64,000 nt of DNA from a virus: positions 32,001 to 96,000 of the IMG/VR virus record IMGVR_UViG_3300032308_002010, one strand, 5' to 3'. Below are positions 20,201 to 27,965 of the stretch, piece by piece (the first letter of the stretch is position 1; the number at the start of each line of letters is the position of its first letter). The notes beneath the pieces were generated by a model that was given only the letters and a program-made list of their open reading frames with translations, was not told the DNA's origin and ran no database searches. The position numbers and the translations under genes were made by a program.

Positions 20201-20468
20201 AGTAACGCAGCATGGCGTCGTCAGCGTAAAGCTTGACGTAGGGAAGATCGACAACCGAGCCGGGCAGACGTTGCGGCCACGTGTAGCACGTATCGTTAAG
20301 ACGATCGTACTGGCCAAGAAGACAAAACCGCTTCTCGTCCGTGTTGCTATAGCGGTGAAGAATGCCATGCGGGCCAGCGATGTGGGCGCGCAGCGGCTCC
20401 GTGATCTCCGTGGGGACGATACGGAACTCTTGGAAAACAAGAACTTGTGGTTTTACGTAGCTCGACAT
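17232..20468 (-). CDS. Tail sheath protein (1078 aa)
   Basis: C-terminal sheath domain (GYYLAAALAGLVSG, QPLTNVEV, QLNRMAEAGVWIV, EMIRRNVD, IEIVLDLTVPAPLNNI); strong codon bias suggests high expression. Confidence 0.85.
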   Translation of the reverse strand: MSSYVKPQVLVFQEFRIVPTEITEPLRAHIAGPHGILHRYSNTDEKRFCLLGQYDRLNDTCYTWPQRLPGSVVDLPYVKLYADDAMLRYYQHNMGESDTTITAVPGKTNWIASSTLSFKSNGAAYPRSSAFFDRDVQLGDVVQLRTVSADNDCIETVLETYVTGFASDLVPSRILPAVADINNQDSYTAESASGVDVTVTQIEGVDNAVSVTVLDAQDEGANDYDGLPSGAVEEEYYVEVIKSTISGCNAARLRVVSGTGTDDQAEIQPNDFDDNDGVTFIGTRGLSVRFTTLNLDNFVVGQKWKFDVKQTYEKVRAVSDADGAYQTEESVNGVVGAVDILGKYAGAKNDTYVVECTKGGTWAQLPEITVRTVKGLDFSGPTEVTGDGAGGNAVSVAIGTNGVKVRFVGAADQEDNFAVAGLRKGDKWYITVNSSKAGPVRKLILRDDLPTVLLTQDGAPVDKVGPVSITNAGDGYGAAPTVTFSAPTGNLVQARTAVGYAVLGSIQGENTDRVVNIVVTDRGAGYTSAPTVTLSAPPAGPGAVTATATCQLISGEDMDLKLFIKDNIQISKNRIGFAPMTNFWYEDTQICVQEGIVAYHPEWTSAGAEQPLPVISGKVYVEYREWLSELADQVNSISDVADLDNIKGQLDPDNPLKWGVYKALSNSNGTVVKYTAVADPEKYDQEGRSLGVDMDKWVQVLERIKGRDDMYNLVPMTFDRRIQNLWAAHIGGESNEYANNWKAGFFALKAQPVAQVVGEGVSIAGVLGETVNDPVLASLADDPNATNTQYTKLTVTSGNGYFITNDVRPGDIVRYNYSVDGFGEEQYEEYVVDQVISESTLLLYSGADAAVTVPQRVEVWHNRNRNEIVEDIAQQGGSLSNRRVCAVWPDQVGEAGTIQPGYYLAAALAGLVSGVVPHQPLTNVEVAGFDDFSRSYKYLNETQLNRMAEAGVWIVTEDKDGTPHTRHALTTDNLDLNRREEMIRRNVDSMSYLFYRRLKPFIGRTNAQPGMVRRLRYEVTAIIDFLKGNGNTEELGSQLIDGAIRKLQIHPLLKDRIEIVLDLTVPAPLNNIELHLVV

Positions 20469-20475
20469 ACGTCTC

Positions 20476-20487
20476 GGCCTCCGTGCC
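20476..20487 (-). promoter_or_regulatory. RBS hairpin GGC-ACGGAG-GCC upstream of the sheath gene (CsrA/RsmE-type fold)
   Basis: SD lies in an ANGGAN hexaloop closed by C-G; 3-bp stem. Confidence 0.5.
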
Positions 20488-20571
20488 TAAATTTTACGTG
20501 TGTGCGGTAGGGCGTTCAGGTCGTAGTATACACAACTACGGGTTTGCAAAAAAAACACCCCATAAAAATTC

Positions 20572-21282
20572 TTAACAAGACAGTAAATCTGATGCCTTGA
20601 AGACAATCCGCTTTAGGCGCGGCGCATGCGGCTGGAGCGACCAAGCTTCCTCGGCAACGTATGCAACAGTCACAGGGACGGCATATCCCTGAGCGACCTC
20701 TTGAACTTCTCCTATGCCGCCGACTTCGGCGACGTAAAAACGAAACAAATCCATCTGGTCTCGGATCAGCGGCGAGAAGTTGATTAAAAACTTCAAGACC
20801 TCTGTTGCGAGAAATTCGGTTTCTGCGCCGGCAGAACTAAGGCAGTATATCGTATGACTACCTTCCCACAGTCCGGCGTAACTTACTTCTCCAGTATAAT
20901 CACTGGAGCTTGCAATGTCACCAATAGTTTGTTTTTGCCAGCGCCACCCATTTCGTTTAATAAGTACAGCTGGTCGCTTATCGGCGGTGTTTGGTGACCA
21001 CCGCGTAATACTTTCTATCAAAATACCGCCCTTGTTGTCGCCGGCGTCGGAGGGGCGCCAAGCGCCAAGCGTTTCTACGTGCCGGCGTATACGCGGTTCC
21101 TCTACATTAGCTGGATCCGCAAAGTGCCCCATTAATAATTGCCGCAAAAAACCAGTCATTACGTGCGGCCGTGTGCCGTACGAGCAAAGCGAACTAACTT
21201 TTTCGACTCGGTTTTCGGGGCTGCTGCCGGCCGGGAATTGTGCTTCAATTTCCGGCGGGTTTGGGTCGTCGCAGGTGCTCAC
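20572..21282 (-). CDS. Tail completion/terminator-like protein
   Basis: 236 aa between neck and sheath genes; RPAVLIKR...SHTIYCLS...ETEFLA pattern; GTG start with AAGGA. Confidence 0.5.
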   Translation of the reverse strand: MSTCDDPNPPEIEAQFPAGSSPENRVEKVSSLCSYGTRPHVMTGFLRQLLMGHFADPANVEEPRIRRHVETLGAWRPSDAGDNKGGILIESITRWSPNTADKRPAVLIKRNGWRWQKQTIGDIASSSDYTGEVSYAGLWEGSHTIYCLSSAGAETEFLATEVLKFLINFSPLIRDQMDLFRFYVAEVGGIGEVQEVAQGYAVPVTVAYVAEEAWSLQPHAPRLKRIVFKASDLLSC

Positions 21283-21396
21283 CGGATTTGTCCTTTAAAT
21301 TTTTGTCGTACATATCGCCTGACGCAAACAAACTTATCTTTGGCGGCAAAATTCGAATTTTGTCTAACCGCGGTTCGGCCGGATTTTTTTTGGTCA

Positions 21397-22629
21397 TCAG
21401 ATATCCCAAAAATTGTCTTTGACGTTTGGCGGCGTTTCAACAACACGTGTAACTGCCGGCTCGGGTGCCGCAGTAAATTGTTGCGGCGCGTTGGTGTTTA
21501 CAACAGTAACAAAATCAACGTCTGGTCCGTACTCGCCCAACTTGCTGTATACGATAGCATACTGACCAGCATCCAACGCGATTGACTGCGCCCAGCGCCC
21601 GTTTGCCGTTGTTGATGTTACACCAAGCGCTAGATTTTCTGGTGTTTCAAAACCGCTAACGTCAAAAACACTCTTCTCATAAATACGTATAGACGCCCCG
21701 TGAATTGGGCAGCCGTCTTCAGTTTTGTAAACAAATCGATCGTTTCCGCCATAGTTTTGGTCGACCGGTACAGCGCCACAACCCTCGACCGGTAAGGTGG
21801 GTCCAACGCGCTCCGCCGGCTCGCCGCCCACTTCGATGGCGTAGGCAGTATTGCTAAACGGCAGCAGACCCATTTTGACTTGATATACAATCGGCACGTT
21901 TCTAATCGCCGCGGCAATTTGAATGGTCTCAACAAGCCAACGTTCGTCGCTGGAACCGTTGACCCAGATATCGCTTTTGTTAATAGCCGGAAAGCCTACA
22001 AGCCGCGCCGTGATATACGGATTGTTGCGCGTCATTCCTTTGAACTGCGCGTCTACATCTTCTTGAATAGTCTGAGTCGATAAATCCCAGCACTGTAGTG
22101 ACAGCGGCGGATGATAACCAACTTCGAAGCCGGTGCCGTTGCAAACAGGGCAATCAGAGTCTAGTACTTCTTGTGTTAACTGGTCGCGGCACCTGCGGCA
22201 CGGTTTTCCGAAACGAAACGGTTTTAACAGATAACCCGGAACCGCAACATATTTAAACCGCAGCTGTTCCTTGCGAATTATCTCGCGCGCAATTAGCCAG
22301 TCTTTCTCGGGTATGTCGCCGTAGCAATTAGCAGCCTGTGAGACATACACACTCGTCGGTGTAGTTAGTACAACGCGATAGTGATCCAGCAGGTCGTATC
22401 CGGCTTCGCGCCATTCTGGATCTGACGCCGTGTAGCCATTTACAACAGGCGGACCGATGTTGACCCAGTCTACGGCGTCGCGGAGCCCGGTCTTTCCAAG
22501 CTGCAGTTGAAATACGTACGGCCCGGGTTCGTTAAACGTTCGCTCTAACTGCCACCAAACGCGAGTTGTGCCGCGGACCATATGATCCACTGAAACTCGG
22601 CGGAACGGAAAGATGCGGGACTGCGGCAT
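21397..22629 (-). CDS. Neck / head-closure protein with CxxC...CxxC and a C-terminal Ig-like domain
   Basis: KPCRRC...DCPVCNGTGFEVGY motif; located between adaptor and tail terminator genes. Confidence 0.55.
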   Translation of the reverse strand: MPQSRIFPFRRVSVDHMVRGTTRVWWQLERTFNEPGPYVFQLQLGKTGLRDAVDWVNIGPPVVNGYTASDPEWREAGYDLLDHYRVVLTTPTSVYVSQAANCYGDIPEKDWLIAREIIRKEQLRFKYVAVPGYLLKPFRFGKPCRRCRDQLTQEVLDSDCPVCNGTGFEVGYHPPLSLQCWDLSTQTIQEDVDAQFKGMTRNNPYITARLVGFPAINKSDIWVNGSSDERWLVETIQIAAAIRNVPIVYQVKMGLLPFSNTAYAIEVGGEPAERVGPTLPVEGCGAVPVDQNYGGNDRFVYKTEDGCPIHGASIRIYEKSVFDVSGFETPENLALGVTSTTANGRWAQSIALDAGQYAIVYSKLGEYGPDVDFVTVVNTNAPQQFTAAPEPAVTRVVETPPNVKDNFWDI

Positions 22630-22689
22630 TGCTTATTTGAGCCTCCGCGCGGGTCGACATAAAAATATCATGTCAAACCGCGCAAAATA

Positions 22690-23682
22690 TCAATAACGAA
22701 TACGGATTGCGTCAGTGTAAGCCGAGTATTTATACGTCGAAGAAACCTCGCCGTAGCCACCCTCCAGATTGATACTGGCCTTTGTGGCGCGCACCCACTC
22801 GCGATACGCCTGCCACCGCATCTGGCCTGCGCGCTCGTAGCTGGCCTCTTTATTTTGGTCGTTTACTGACAACCCGGCCGCGGAGTAGTCAAACTGATTG
22901 CGGCGAAACTGCTCGGCCACCATCATGAATAAATTTGCGCAGATCCCCTCAAGCCAGTGATATCTAAACGGAAAAGATTGAGTGTTGTATACGGCGTCAA
23001 TTGGGGGCGGGATTTCGTTCCAGTACATAACAGGGCGCGCAATGGCTAGGGCAATCTCCGCGTCGTCAAACATTAAGCCATCGAGCAGAAAACTCTCGCC
23101 CGGAGCTGAGTCGCGGAGATGCAAACGGATCTCGGCAATACTCGGAGGTCCGCCCGGCTGGTTCACGCTATCAAACGTGCTGCGGGCGATTACCACCGAA
23201 AACGTATTAGAAAAGATTACACACGGCTGGTTACTGGCTTGCGCCGGCACACTGACAAGCGCCATCTCGCCGTAATACACGCCCGGGACGCTTGTGGCGT
23301 TGCTAGATAACGATACAGAGACTTTGCCTGTCTCGGGCGCCACAATCGTTGCCTGCACTTCTACGGGCGGATTCTGATTACCCAACGACAGCTGTTCTTT
23401 CAGCCGTAAAACCACCTTAAAGTCCTGCGGATCGTCGCACGCCGTCAGGCTCACCGGGCGGCCTTCGCGGTCGTGCATTGTCCACTCAATCGTGGCGCAC
23501 TGCCCCTGCGTCAGCGTAATCGCCCGCATACGAGTCAAAATGGGCTGGCCATTAACGCCAGATATCGGCGCGCTAACGACGTTTTGGCCGACGCACGAAA
23601 CTGGCGTAATAGATTGGCCGTTTGTGCTACCGTTGCAACACGGCACAATGGGGTGTTCAGCTGGTGTGGCGATGACGACCAT
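22690..23682 (-). CDS. Head-tail adaptor (neck) protein with an N-terminal Ig-like (BppU-like) domain
   Basis: C-terminal EIRLHLRD...FDDAEIALAI...YWNEIPP...RNQFDYSAAGLSV resembles adaptors; first gene after the capsid-module terminator. Confidence 0.55.
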   Translation of the reverse strand: MVVIATPAEHPIVPCCNGSTNGQSITPVSCVGQNVVSAPISGVNGQPILTRMRAITLTQGQCATIEWTMHDREGRPVSLTACDDPQDFKVVLRLKEQLSLGNQNPPVEVQATIVAPETGKVSVSLSSNATSVPGVYYGEMALVSVPAQASNQPCVIFSNTFSVVIARSTFDSVNQPGGPPSIAEIRLHLRDSAPGESFLLDGLMFDDAEIALAIARPVMYWNEIPPPIDAVYNTQSFPFRYHWLEGICANLFMMVAEQFRRNQFDYSAAGLSVNDQNKEASYERAGQMRWQAYREWVRATKASINLEGGYGEVSSTYKYSAYTDAIRIRY

Positions 23683-23714
23683 GTGTACCTCCGTGTAACA
23701 ACTACAGTATAAAC

Positions 23715-23747
23715 AAAAAGGGCCGGCCGCTTACGCAGCCAGCCCTT
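23715..23747 (-). terminator. Intrinsic terminator closing the capsid module
   Basis: GGGCTGGCTGC-GTAA-GCGGCCGGCCC-TTTTT: 11-bp stem, GNRA loop, U-tract. Confidence 0.85.
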
Positions 23748-23772
23748 CGTGAGTCAAACAGATAAGTTAAGC

Positions 23773-24093
23773 TCAGTCCCAACCTTCCGGGCTCTTGGTG
23801 CCCAGCGCGTTGTCATCGAGCTTAAGCTGATCGACGCTGCCGTCGTCCTCGTCGGTGAGGTAAACAGCCGGCGACTTAGTGATGATCAAGTCGCCGTCTT
23901 CCAGCGCCGTTTCGAGCGCTTTGAACTGCCGCTGACCACCACGACCGCCCTTGCCGACCGTCGAGACGAGATCGCCGGGGACGGTGTACGTCTCGTTGTT
24001 CGCGAGACGCTTACCGTGCGCGCCGAGGAAGCCAAACACTCGGGCGGCGCCCGAAATGTTTTTAACTGTCGTGTATAAACCGGGTACTGCCAT
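23773..24093 (-). CDS. Small capsid-module protein (possible decoration protein)
   Basis: 106 aa, GGAG SD, last gene before the terminator, codon bias like the capsid gene. Confidence 0.5.
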   Translation of the reverse strand: MAVPGLYTTVKNISGAARVFGFLGAHGKRLANNETYTVPGDLVSTVGKGGRGGQRQFKALETALEDGDLIITKSPAVYLTDEDDGSVDQLKLDDNALGTKSPEGWD

Positions 24094-24112
24094 TGTTAGT
24101 TACTCCATTTCT

Positions 24113-24502
24113 TCAGGATGCGCTTTGCAGAGCCGCGGCCGCAGCAGCCTGCAGCGTCAAAACAGCCTGCGCAATCGCAGGTTGATTAGCCGCTGCGCTT
24201 GCTACGTCGCCGTAAGCAGCCGCCTTTTCACCAGTGCCGCCAAGGCCCGCGGCCGCAAGCATCTCGTCAAGCTGCTTGTTAGCAACGTTGAGCGAGGATG
24301 CTTGCGCAGCCGCGACCTTTTCTTGCTCCGCCGTGTAGAGCACATGAAGCTTGGAGGCAGCGGCCCACATTTCTGCGGCTTCGCCTTCCGTACGCGGCTG
24401 AATGCCGTGCGCGGCAAGCTTCTCGAAGAAATACGGCGCGGCAAGTTCCGACACGATTGTGGCGTAAGCTTGCTCAGCCGCTTCTTTAACAGTATCAGAC
24501 AT
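24113..24502 (-). CDS. Ala-rich head-module protein with K-x-A motifs
   Basis: 129 aa; FEKLAA, EKVAAA, EKAAAY; AAGGAG SD. Confidence 0.55.
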   Translation of the reverse strand: MSDTVKEAAEQAYATIVSELAAPYFFEKLAAHGIQPRTEGEAAEMWAAASKLHVLYTAEQEKVAAAQASSLNVANKQLDEMLAAAGLGGTGEKAAAYGDVASAAANQPAIAQAVLTLQAAAAAALQSAS

Positions 24503-24536
24503 AACGTGCTCCTTTGGGTTTAATTCCTACACGGCA

Positions 24537-25463
24537 TCACTTGAAGTTAACGCGAGCCAGACCGTTGGTATGGCCGAACGAGCCGCCCGAAGTCTGGTAA
24601 GCGAAGTACTCAAGCATGTAAGCTTCACGACGGATGTACATCGTGGTGGGCTCCAGCTCGTAGTTCTTGCCGATGAACTTCGGCGACGCGAACATGAACA
24701 GCGAGTCATCGGGGACAAGATCGCGCTTGATCGTGACGATCCAGCGGCAGTTGAGGAAGTTCGTCTCCGCCCAACCGTTCTTGATGATGTCCTGCGAGAA
24801 GTCACCGCCCATTTCGTCACGGCCGAACTTGAGGAGTTCCTTGATCGTGATGTTATTCACGAGGCAGGTTTCAACCTCAAAGTGCGACGGCGTGCGGGGC
24901 ATAACTTTCAGCGCGTCAACAAGGGTTTCACGCGTGATGCCGCCCGAAATTTCCTCGTACTGCACAGCGCCGCTAGCAACGTTGGCAACACCCGGAGTCG
25001 GAAGCACGGCGTTGAAGGCGGCAATAAACTTGCCGTCTTCTTCAGCCAGCATGTCCTTGATCATGTTGTCCGACAGCACCTGCCGGATGTCGATTACGTA
25101 CGTACGCAGCTCGTCGACGTCCTTCACAGCGCGGGGCGACACGATCCGGTCAAACATGACGCGGTAGCGCGGGCCACGGATGTAGAAGTTAATCGGGAGC
25201 GTCGCGAACGGAAGCGACACAGCCGCCGGGGAATCGGGCTCCTTGTCCACAACCTTAACGGGCTTGTCAGTATCAACCTGACGGTCGAGCTCGTCGTTGG
25301 TGATGGTCAGCGGCGGCATGATCCGCCGGTAGAACCCGTCTTCACGCATCTTGGTGCGCGTGAAGTCGTTAACCGCATCAATGGCCTGCTTCTGCATGCC
25401 GGGGGTGTCAAGCTGCTCAAAGAGCGTTTCGTTGAGCAGTTGGATCTCTTGCTGAGTGGGCAT
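24537..25463 (-). CDS. Major capsid protein (HK97 fold)
   Basis: About 308 aa downstream of protease and scaffold genes; REDGFYRRIMPP, DELRTYVIDIRQVLSDNMIKDMLAEED; strong codon bias; GGAGG 8 nt before ATG 25463. Confidence 0.8.
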   Translation of the reverse strand: MPTQQEIQLLNETLFEQLDTPGMQKQAIDAVNDFTRTKMREDGFYRRIMPPLTITNDELDRQVDTDKPVKVVDKEPDSPAAVSLPFATLPINFYIRGPRYRVMFDRIVSPRAVKDVDELRTYVIDIRQVLSDNMIKDMLAEEDGKFIAAFNAVLPTPGVANVASGAVQYEEISGGITRETLVDALKVMPRTPSHFEVETCLVNNITIKELLKFGRDEMGGDFSQDIIKNGWAETNFLNCRWIVTIKRDLVPDDSLFMFASPKFIGKNYELEPTTMYIRREAYMLEYFAYQTSGGSFGHTNGLARVNFK

Positions 25464-25467
25464 TTTG

Positions 25468-25483
25468 GGAACCTCCATGTTCC
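25468..25483 (-). promoter_or_regulatory. RBS hairpin GGAAC-AUGGAG-GUUCC upstream of the major capsid gene (CsrA/RsmE-type fold)
   Basis: Perfect 5-bp stem with an ANGGAN hexaloop containing the SD; matches (A/U)CANGGANG(U/A). Confidence 0.6.
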
Positions 25484-25503
25484 TGAATTAGTTAGGGATT
25501 AGA

Positions 25504-26085
25504 TCACGGATCAATGGTGGCCGCAGTGCCAGCCGGCAGGTACACGCACCAGAAGGAGAGTGTATCCACGCCATTGTGGTTCTTCGACGCGCCACTCGAA
25601 ACAACACCGCAAACCGGGTTTACGTACTGCACGGCGCTGGCCTTCGTCAGCACACCCTCAACGGCAGCGCCGCCAGAGGTGGGAGCAGTCAGAAGATCGC
25701 CGGGGTTGTACGTCACCGCGCTACCGCCGGACGTCTTCACGTACTCGGTGGTGGCGATTTCATAACCACCGGTCGCAACAAGACCCGACAGCTTGCCCGA
25801 GGGCGAAACTGCTTGGTGCATGAAGTTACCGGCCGCTGTGGTACCCGGATTGCTGACGTCAGCATCCGTCGAACCGTTCAGCAAGAAAATCGCGACGCCC
25901 GTGGCAGAGAGGCCCGGAACGAACACGTCCTTGCCGCCCTCTTTCGAGAGATGCACGACGCGACCGCGCGGGACATCATAAGCGACTGTGCTCAGCAGCT
26001 TGGCCGAGTAGTCGAGGGCCGTCATATCAAACCAGCCCTTTTTGACGTCAAGGCCGTGTTCAAACATAAGATCGGGAGCAGGCAT
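25504..26085 (-). CDS. Capsid decoration/cement-like protein
   Basis: 193 aa immediately upstream of the capsid gene; GGYEIATTEY...YNPGDLLTA is beta-tulip-like; high-expression codon bias. Confidence 0.6.
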   Translation of the reverse strand: MPAPDLMFEHGLDVKKGWFDMTALDYSAKLLSTVAYDVPRGRVVHLSKEGGKDVFVPGLSATGVAIFLLNGSTDADVSNPGTTAAGNFMHQAVSPSGKLSGLVATGGYEIATTEYVKTSGGSAVTYNPGDLLTAPTSGGAAVEGVLTKASAVQYVNPVCGVVSSGASKNHNGVDTLSFWCVYLPAGTAATIDP

Positions 26086-26089
26086 TGTT

Positions 26090-26103
26090 AGACCTCCGTG
26101 TCT
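26090..26103 (-). promoter_or_regulatory. RBS hairpin AGAC-ACGGAG-GUCU
   Basis: 4-bp stem with an ANGGAN hexaloop containing the SD of the decoration gene. Confidence 0.55.
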
Positions 26104-26139
26104 TTAGCAATTGGAAACGTGTTCCGGTAAGGGACGAAC

Positions 26140-26565
26140 TCAGGTAGTGGGCGGGTTGAGACCAAGGCCCGTAAACAACTTTACGTCAGAAGCCTTGAGG
26201 CGACCATCGCGGGCACCCACATACCCGCTCGTCAGGCTGGCTGTCGGGTCATAGCTGGCGGACTTTGTAGCCACCGGCGTGCCAAGACGAGCCATTTCAG
26301 CTGCGTTTTTATGCGCAGCTAATTTGATAACAAGTTCCATCGTGCGCACCGGGTCTTGAAGGGCGGCGGCGAGCGCTTCCTTCTGGTGGGCCTCGATCCG
26401 CTCGTTCTCCACGCACGCCTTGATGGCTTCGGGGATCAGGTGAGCCAGCTTTTCGCCGGTTTCAACCTGCGCCTTTTCGGCGGCGGCGGCTTTGGTCATC
26501 GCGGCATCGGAGTAACCGATGTAGTCGATGATCTTCTGTACGAGCGCGTTATTTTCGGTAGACAT
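26140..26565 (-). CDS. Helical head-module protein
   Basis: 141 aa; TKAAAAEKAQ, TKSASY; RBS ACACGGAGGT. Confidence 0.55.
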   Translation of the reverse strand: MSTENNALVQKIIDYIGYSDAAMTKAAAAEKAQVETGEKLAHLIPEAIKACVENERIEAHQKEALAAALQDPVRTMELVIKLAAHKNAAEMARLGTPVATKSASYDPTASLTSGYVGARDGRLKASDVKLFTGLGLNPPTT

Positions 26566-26581
26566 TAAAACCTCCGTGTGA

Positions 26582-27922
26582 TCAACGATTCACGAGTTCA
26601 AGAACGTGCTGCTTCATCATGTCCCGCAGCTGGCGCGAACGCTTTGTGCGAGCCTCTTTGACTTGAAACCGGCCAGCACGCTTAAAGTTTACAACAGCGC
26701 GGCCGATGGCGTCTAAATCTTTAGCAGCAGCCATCTTCGGCTCTTCCATCGGCGGCATACCCGCGTCGGGCGCAGCGCCGGCTTCGGGCGGCATGCCGCC
26801 TTCTGCGCTAGCACCGCCACCGGCCCCGGACAGAGCTTGCAGCAACGCTTCCGGCGGAATGCCAAGTTCTTCAAGCGCCATGGCCAGCTCTTGAACAGCT
26901 TCGTCTTCCGACGGCTCGCCGCCAACAGCTTCAGGACCCATGTCGCCACCACCTTCGGCGCCCATCATGGCGTCAAGACCGGCGGGTGCAGCGTCACCAG
27001 CAGGGGCATCGCTCATACCAGAAGCGGCGTCTTCAGGCGCAGAGTGATCTTCACCTTCGGTCGCTTCTTCGGTCGGATCGGCGGCGGCGGCCTTTGAGTT
27101 TACAAAACCGATGAAAAGGTCGGCCATTTCGTCGGCTTCGCGAATTGTGTTAGCGCACACTTCGCGAACGGACGCCTCAGCGGCTTCCTTGTTGAGCCCG
27201 AGCTGTTCAGCCAGTTCATAACCAGCCTTGAACGCAGCAGCCTTGTCGCTGCGAAGCGCGGCAAGATCCGAACCTTCGATCTTGCCGTCGTGGTCGGTGT
27301 CAAGTTTGTGCTGGTCGCCCTTCAGCTCGCCGGTCGACTCGTTTTTTTCTTCAGACTTCTCTTCGGTCTTTTTCTTTAAAAAAGCCGGCATCTCAGCCGC
27401 CTTCTCGTTGTTCAGCTTGCTCGTGCCGAAGTTGATGAGGTTGGCAAGAATGTCGTTGCCAAGGGTGCCGGCTCGTTCGCGGGCTTCCTTGAACGTAACC
27501 GAGCTGTACTTCTCACCGTCGTTGGCCTTGACCGGCGACGACGTGCCCGGATCATCCTTATCGCCCTTGAAATCTTTTTCGTTGGACGGATCTTCGCCAG
27601 TCGCCTTGGCCGAGACGCCGATGTTTGTCTGAACTTCGTCTTGACGACCTTCTTGCGACATCTCAGGTGTGTTGTCTACAGCGAGCGCACCCTGCTGCTT
27701 TTTGATATCAGCTTCGTACTCGCTGGCGCGCGCGCCTGTGCTGGCGTTCTGCACGCCATTGTCCGCGCTGGTCGTCGGATGCGAGGAGGCACCTTGGTAG
27801 CCACCCGGATCGGAGGGCACCGGGCCGGCGGACTTTTCAGCCGCAGTCTTAACGGGGCTCTGCGCAATCTCCGCGGCAAGAGCATTAAGTTGATCAAACA
27901 GTGAACGTTGCATCCGTGCCAT
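26582..27922 (-). CDS. Scaffold-like / internal head protein (acidic, low complexity)
   Basis: 446 aa between protease and capsid genes; several K-x-A motifs; EF-hand-like loop DTDHDGKIEGSD. Confidence 0.6.
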   Translation of the reverse strand: MARMQRSLFDQLNALAAEIAQSPVKTAAEKSAGPVPSDPGGYQGASSHPTTSADNGVQNASTGARASEYEADIKKQQGALAVDNTPEMSQEGRQDEVQTNIGVSAKATGEDPSNEKDFKGDKDDPGTSSPVKANDGEKYSSVTFKEARERAGTLGNDILANLINFGTSKLNNEKAAEMPAFLKKKTEEKSEEKNESTGELKGDQHKLDTDHDGKIEGSDLAALRSDKAAAFKAGYELAEQLGLNKEAAEASVREVCANTIREADEMADLFIGFVNSKAAAADPTEEATEGEDHSAPEDAASGMSDAPAGDAAPAGLDAMMGAEGGGDMGPEAVGGEPSEDEAVQELAMALEELGIPPEALLQALSGAGGGASAEGGMPPEAGAAPDAGMPPMEEPKMAAAKDLDAIGRAVVNFKRAGRFQVKEARTKRSRQLRDMMKQHVLELVNR

Positions 27923-27965
27923 GACTTTCTCCTTTGGGGTCTAACCGTTTCCGATTAGCTTCCGT

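Noticed and set aside
20525-23710. TATACT hexamers upstream of the sheath (20525-20530) and adaptor (23705-23710) genes as promoters
   Set aside because: Only two sites, with no consistent -35 element or spacing; cannot be supported without TSS data.
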